From: Ylistrum balloti
Lineage: Eukaryota
Assembly: GCF_031769215.1 (NCBI RefSeq)
Contig: NW_026782376.1
Coordinates: 1,302,001 to 1,366,000, forward strand
Direction: 5' to 3'
Length of the DNA stretch: 64,000 nucleotides
Below, one piece after another: positions 60,401 through 64,000 of the stretch (the first letter of the stretch is position 1; the number at the start of each line of letters is the position of its first letter). A program made the position numbers and the translations under genes. A model generated the notes under the pieces. That model ran no database searches. It worked only from the letters and a program-made list of their open reading frames with translations, and had not been told where the DNA came from.

Positions 60401-61356
60401 GTGTACAATTCATTCAGGGTATTTAGCAATTTGTTCAGTATTGAGATTGAAGAGTTAATGAATCAATTCCTTGCCAAGAGATGATACAAAAAGGGCTTCC
60501 TGTAATCCATATGTGCATAGCATATTATGGTAGACAGATTGATGTTATGGCCAAGGTGAGGCCTGAAATAATCTTTAGAGAGGAGTGGGGGTGGGGGGGA
60601 TATGACTATGCATAGTAAGATGTCATAAAAAAATTCAGTGTCCAAAACATTTGCAATATTGATGTCTTGAGAACGAATCTTATACATTTGTTTGCAGTAA
60701 AAGATCAATTTTAGTAAATAATACATAGGTTTGATTAGCTTGACTGAAGGTTTACATTGCATTAACTTTGTACTTGTACATGTTAGATAATTTGGCATCT
60801 TATCTCTCATACTTCATTCCTTACAACTTTGAAAGTGTTGATTACTAAAACTTGGTCTCATACCCCATGAATAACAGAGTTATAGCCCTTTGTAAATTTT
60901 GCACTCTTAAAATTAGGCAGTTCTTTATCACCCATAGTTACCTGTGTAGTGATACACATTTTTGTTGGTCATTTAGCAAATGGCATAAAAGTCACATGCA
61001 TGTCAATTGTTACTTATGATATAAGAAAATATTGTACAATGTATATAGTTATGATCCCTTCCTCATTTTTGAAAACACAATTATATATGTAAGAGTTTGG
61101 GTTGAGCTTGCTGATTCAATACCTTGTCATGTCATTTTTAACAACCTGAGGCCATTTTTTTTATTATTATTTGTTTTGTTTCATTTCAGGTCTGGCACAG
61201 TGTGCAGAGTTAGTGTCACAATTGCGTGGGACAGCCAAGCTCAAACAAGTTGACGGAGCGAAAGTCGCACTCCAGCATAACTTCGGCATTGGTGGTGCTG
61301 CTGTTGTTACTATGTACCAACGACCTGGACAGCTGCAGAAGCAGTCAAAGTTATAG
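57484..61356 (+). CDS. SCP2: SCPx-type (SCP2-thiolase type 1) peroxisomal thiolase without the SCP2 domain, about 429 aa, ending in SKL
   Basis: Exons 57484-57601, 58962-59189, 59477-60253, 61190-61356; 1290 nt in frame. Motifs [21 protein letters not shown] (catalytic Cys), [44 protein letters not shown]; C-terminus QSKL*. Confidence 0.9.
57905..58565 (+). repeat. Degenerate satellite, period about 150-160 bp, about 4.5 units, in thiolase intron 1
   Basis: CAAATT(G/T)CATATGTA...CTGATCA...ATGGCTGA...CCATCTT.GATTTT recurs at about 57951, 58099, 58256 and 58465. Confidence 0.7.
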
Positions 61357-63599
61357 TTGACCTTAGTTCTGAAAGTTGATGACCAAATAATCTGTTTTTG
61401 TAAAAGTATAGCCAGTAAATTGATTAAAGACATAACAAACTCAGACTGGGATTGAAAGTATGGTAAATCTTTGGTGAAGGGTAGAGTGAAATAAAGCTAA
61501 TGCCAGTATGTTTAGTGTTTCAAAGAAATGGTCAGCCTTCATATGCTGCTGTGAAGCACATTTCTGTCAGTATTCTCCTTCAAAGCTGACATAGTAACCA
61601 AATGACCAAATGTAAGAGGTATTACAAATGAAATCATTCATTATATACTTGTAGTCATGTATTTTTTTTTTTTTTGGTATTGAAAGGAAGAGATCAAAAT
61701 TTTGTCATCTGATTACCAAGACTTATGGCAGTATTGACCTCCATCATATCAGATGACCAAAAAAAAAAAAAAAAAACCTAATATAAGGTAGTGACAAAAG
61801 AATTATCAATTATAATGTTTTACCTGATTTGCTACATAATTTATATGTAATTAACATCTACACAACTTTATATGTCTTTGCCTTATCAATTTTCTTGGCC
61901 CTCTGGCCTTCTTATAAAATCCTAGTGATATGTTTACTGGGTACTGTTGGCCATATATTTGACCTCATTAGATTATTGAAAAAGTGTGAAGTGTGAATTT
62001 TTTGAAAACCTTTTTGACTTTTTCTATAACAACTTTTATCTGTTCATCTTTTTGTGGACATATGAATTTTTGTACATAGAGTACTGATGAATTCAACAAA
62101 AATAAATCCCCCATAGAATTGATTATTTTACAGTAAATTCAGAATATGTTATTAATTACCTCTACTACATCTACATTTGTTACCTCAACTCATTTATCAT
62201 ATTAATGAAGACAATTTTACTCCTCATAATAAATCAGTATTAATTATTTTCCATTTTCCCGGTGTTTCACGTATTTTGAAAAGAATTAAAATCATGCTGT
62301 TGGTGCATACAAATATTTATCATGAGGACTAAATAATTATTTCTTAACACAATCATATAGACATGTCTACATGGTCCTGTAAAAGCCAAAATGATCAATA
62401 TATATCTGTTGTGGCTAGCTATAGGTCCTATTAAAAGACATTAATGAGGTTTCAATTGAAAATTAAAAAGCAAAGAATCATTTGGAGACCATTATTTGGG
62501 GAACTTTACCTATATGTATTTCAAAAATAGTCGTTGATTTGTTCAAAATGTATACTATACAGTGATCTGTTTATTTTCTTCAAATACCAAAAGTTCTCCA
62601 ATAATATATCTAATATACAGTTATCCTTAAAGAATAAAAAATGTTAAACCTGACTATGAGGATACCAGGTAATCAAAATGTGGCACCAAATATCTATTGT
62701 TTTAATCAGTGATAAGTGCTCCAGGTTGAACAGTTCAGAGATATATATGTCAGAGCTTGATAGACCTTATAAAGGTTAATAGAAGGGCTGATGTGTAGAC
62801 CTTTTTATTGTAGTACTAAATGTAATGACTGTATACAAGATCTTCTGGATAGCAGACATTGATATTGTAGATCAAGATCAAGAACTAGTGTTTTCAGGCT
62901 TTTTTAATGAAGTACTGATAAATCATGTTACCAATTTTGATCCCACAGTATTGTTACAAGGAAAGATCAAACGAGTACTAGAATAAATATCATTGGATAT
63001 TTTGATTGTTTTAATGCCACACCAATAATTTATTTGAAATCTGAGGTAAAAACATTATCATGTATTTTTGCTTGGTTTAACCATTTGAAAGCTCATTTGA
63101 TGTGAATCTATCAGTAATTTTTGTAGGATTTTTTCTGGTAAGTCCAGAGCACTGTTTCAAAAGTTTTGATGAGACCAGTTACAAAGCAGGTTCCAAAAAT
63201 TTGATTCCCACAGGAAAAGTAGGAGTCCAGGATGCAAATATTTGTATCCCAAAAATTACTGATCTATTATGATCCAAATTGATTTGAATATATTGGAAAC
63301 TGTGATGTGGATTTTTATTGATCCAGTTCTGTAATGCTGTAGACTTTGTATATGTCTACAATAATTTGTCCATGCAGAACCACATGGATTTGGCAGGAAA
63401 GGCACTATAATACATATGTGAACTGTGGGTCAAGAATTTGTGCCAAATCCCTGTGTCAAGTAGTTGAGAGTATTCATTTCATTCATGATTGAATTCTATA
63501 AAGTGTGTGGTAATATTTTGTTATTTTATATGATTATGGCGATGTACGACAATAAACTGAAATCACTACTTCTTTGTTTCTCATCTTTCTCTATTCAAA

Positions 63600-63805
63600 T
63601 ACTGTAAAATCACTCATTTTTTAGGTGGATTTATTTCCTTTTATTTCATGGTTACTCTCAATCCACACATTCATACAAACTGATAAATCAAGTACAAGTA
63701 AAGTTATTACACTATATTTATCCACGTAAATCAACTGTCCACAAAATAGTAATTTTTGAAAAACTGTAAAAATCAAGTCTCATGAAAATGTATGATTTTA
63801 CAGTA
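63600..63805. mobile_element. Tc1/mariner-type MITE, 206 bp
   Basis: Perfect 13-bp inverted termini TACTGTAAAATCA / TGATTTTACAGTA, including the terminal TA (probable target-site duplication). Confidence 0.7.
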
Positions 63806-64000
63806 TAGAAGATATGACATAATGATAAGGATGATGATAGTTTAAAAAAAAATCAAAATCATTTCTGATGAATATATATACAATAACTGATTCATATGAT
63901 GCTTACCACAGGATAGAAAAAAGCTATCAATTTTGTTAGTTGTATGGCCTTGGATAACAGAGGCGCTTATTACAGGGGAAAGAAAACACATTTGTTGGTA

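Noticed and set aside
61400-63590. An additional gene or an SCP2-domain exon after the thiolase
   Set aside because: No SCP2-like translation or spliceable open exon was recognised, and the thiolase already ends in SKL-stop.

Overview
AT-rich, intron-rich animal genomic DNA, probably a bivalve or other mollusc (inferred from composition and repeat types). Six spliced protein-coding genes were reconstructed by hand using GT-AG sites and frame continuity. In order: a 24-exon DDX43-like DEAD-box helicase (-, about 840 aa, with two KH domains and a degenerate CCHC knuckle); MRGBP (+), head-to-head with it; a short SDR-only HSDL2 paralog (+); PIGW (+); full-length HSDL2 (-, SDR+SCP2, ends in PKL); and a thiolase-only SCPx/SCP2-like gene (+, ends in SKL), divergent from HSDL2. 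Introns and intergenic DNA hold a recent 5'-truncated LINE inserted in a 65-bp tandem array, an older LINE fragment, a Crypton-like fragment, a gag-knuckle fragment, SINE-like, MITE-like and Helitron-like repeats, and a 2.1-kb GA-rich minisatellite. The strongest signal is that exon 2 of the two otherwise deeply diverged, inverted HSDL2 paralogs is 98% identical, and the identity stops at the exon boundary, pointing to exon-restricted gene conversion. Also notable are the peroxisomal HSDL2/thiolase cluster and two separate tandem amplifications of 5' splice donors in DDX43.
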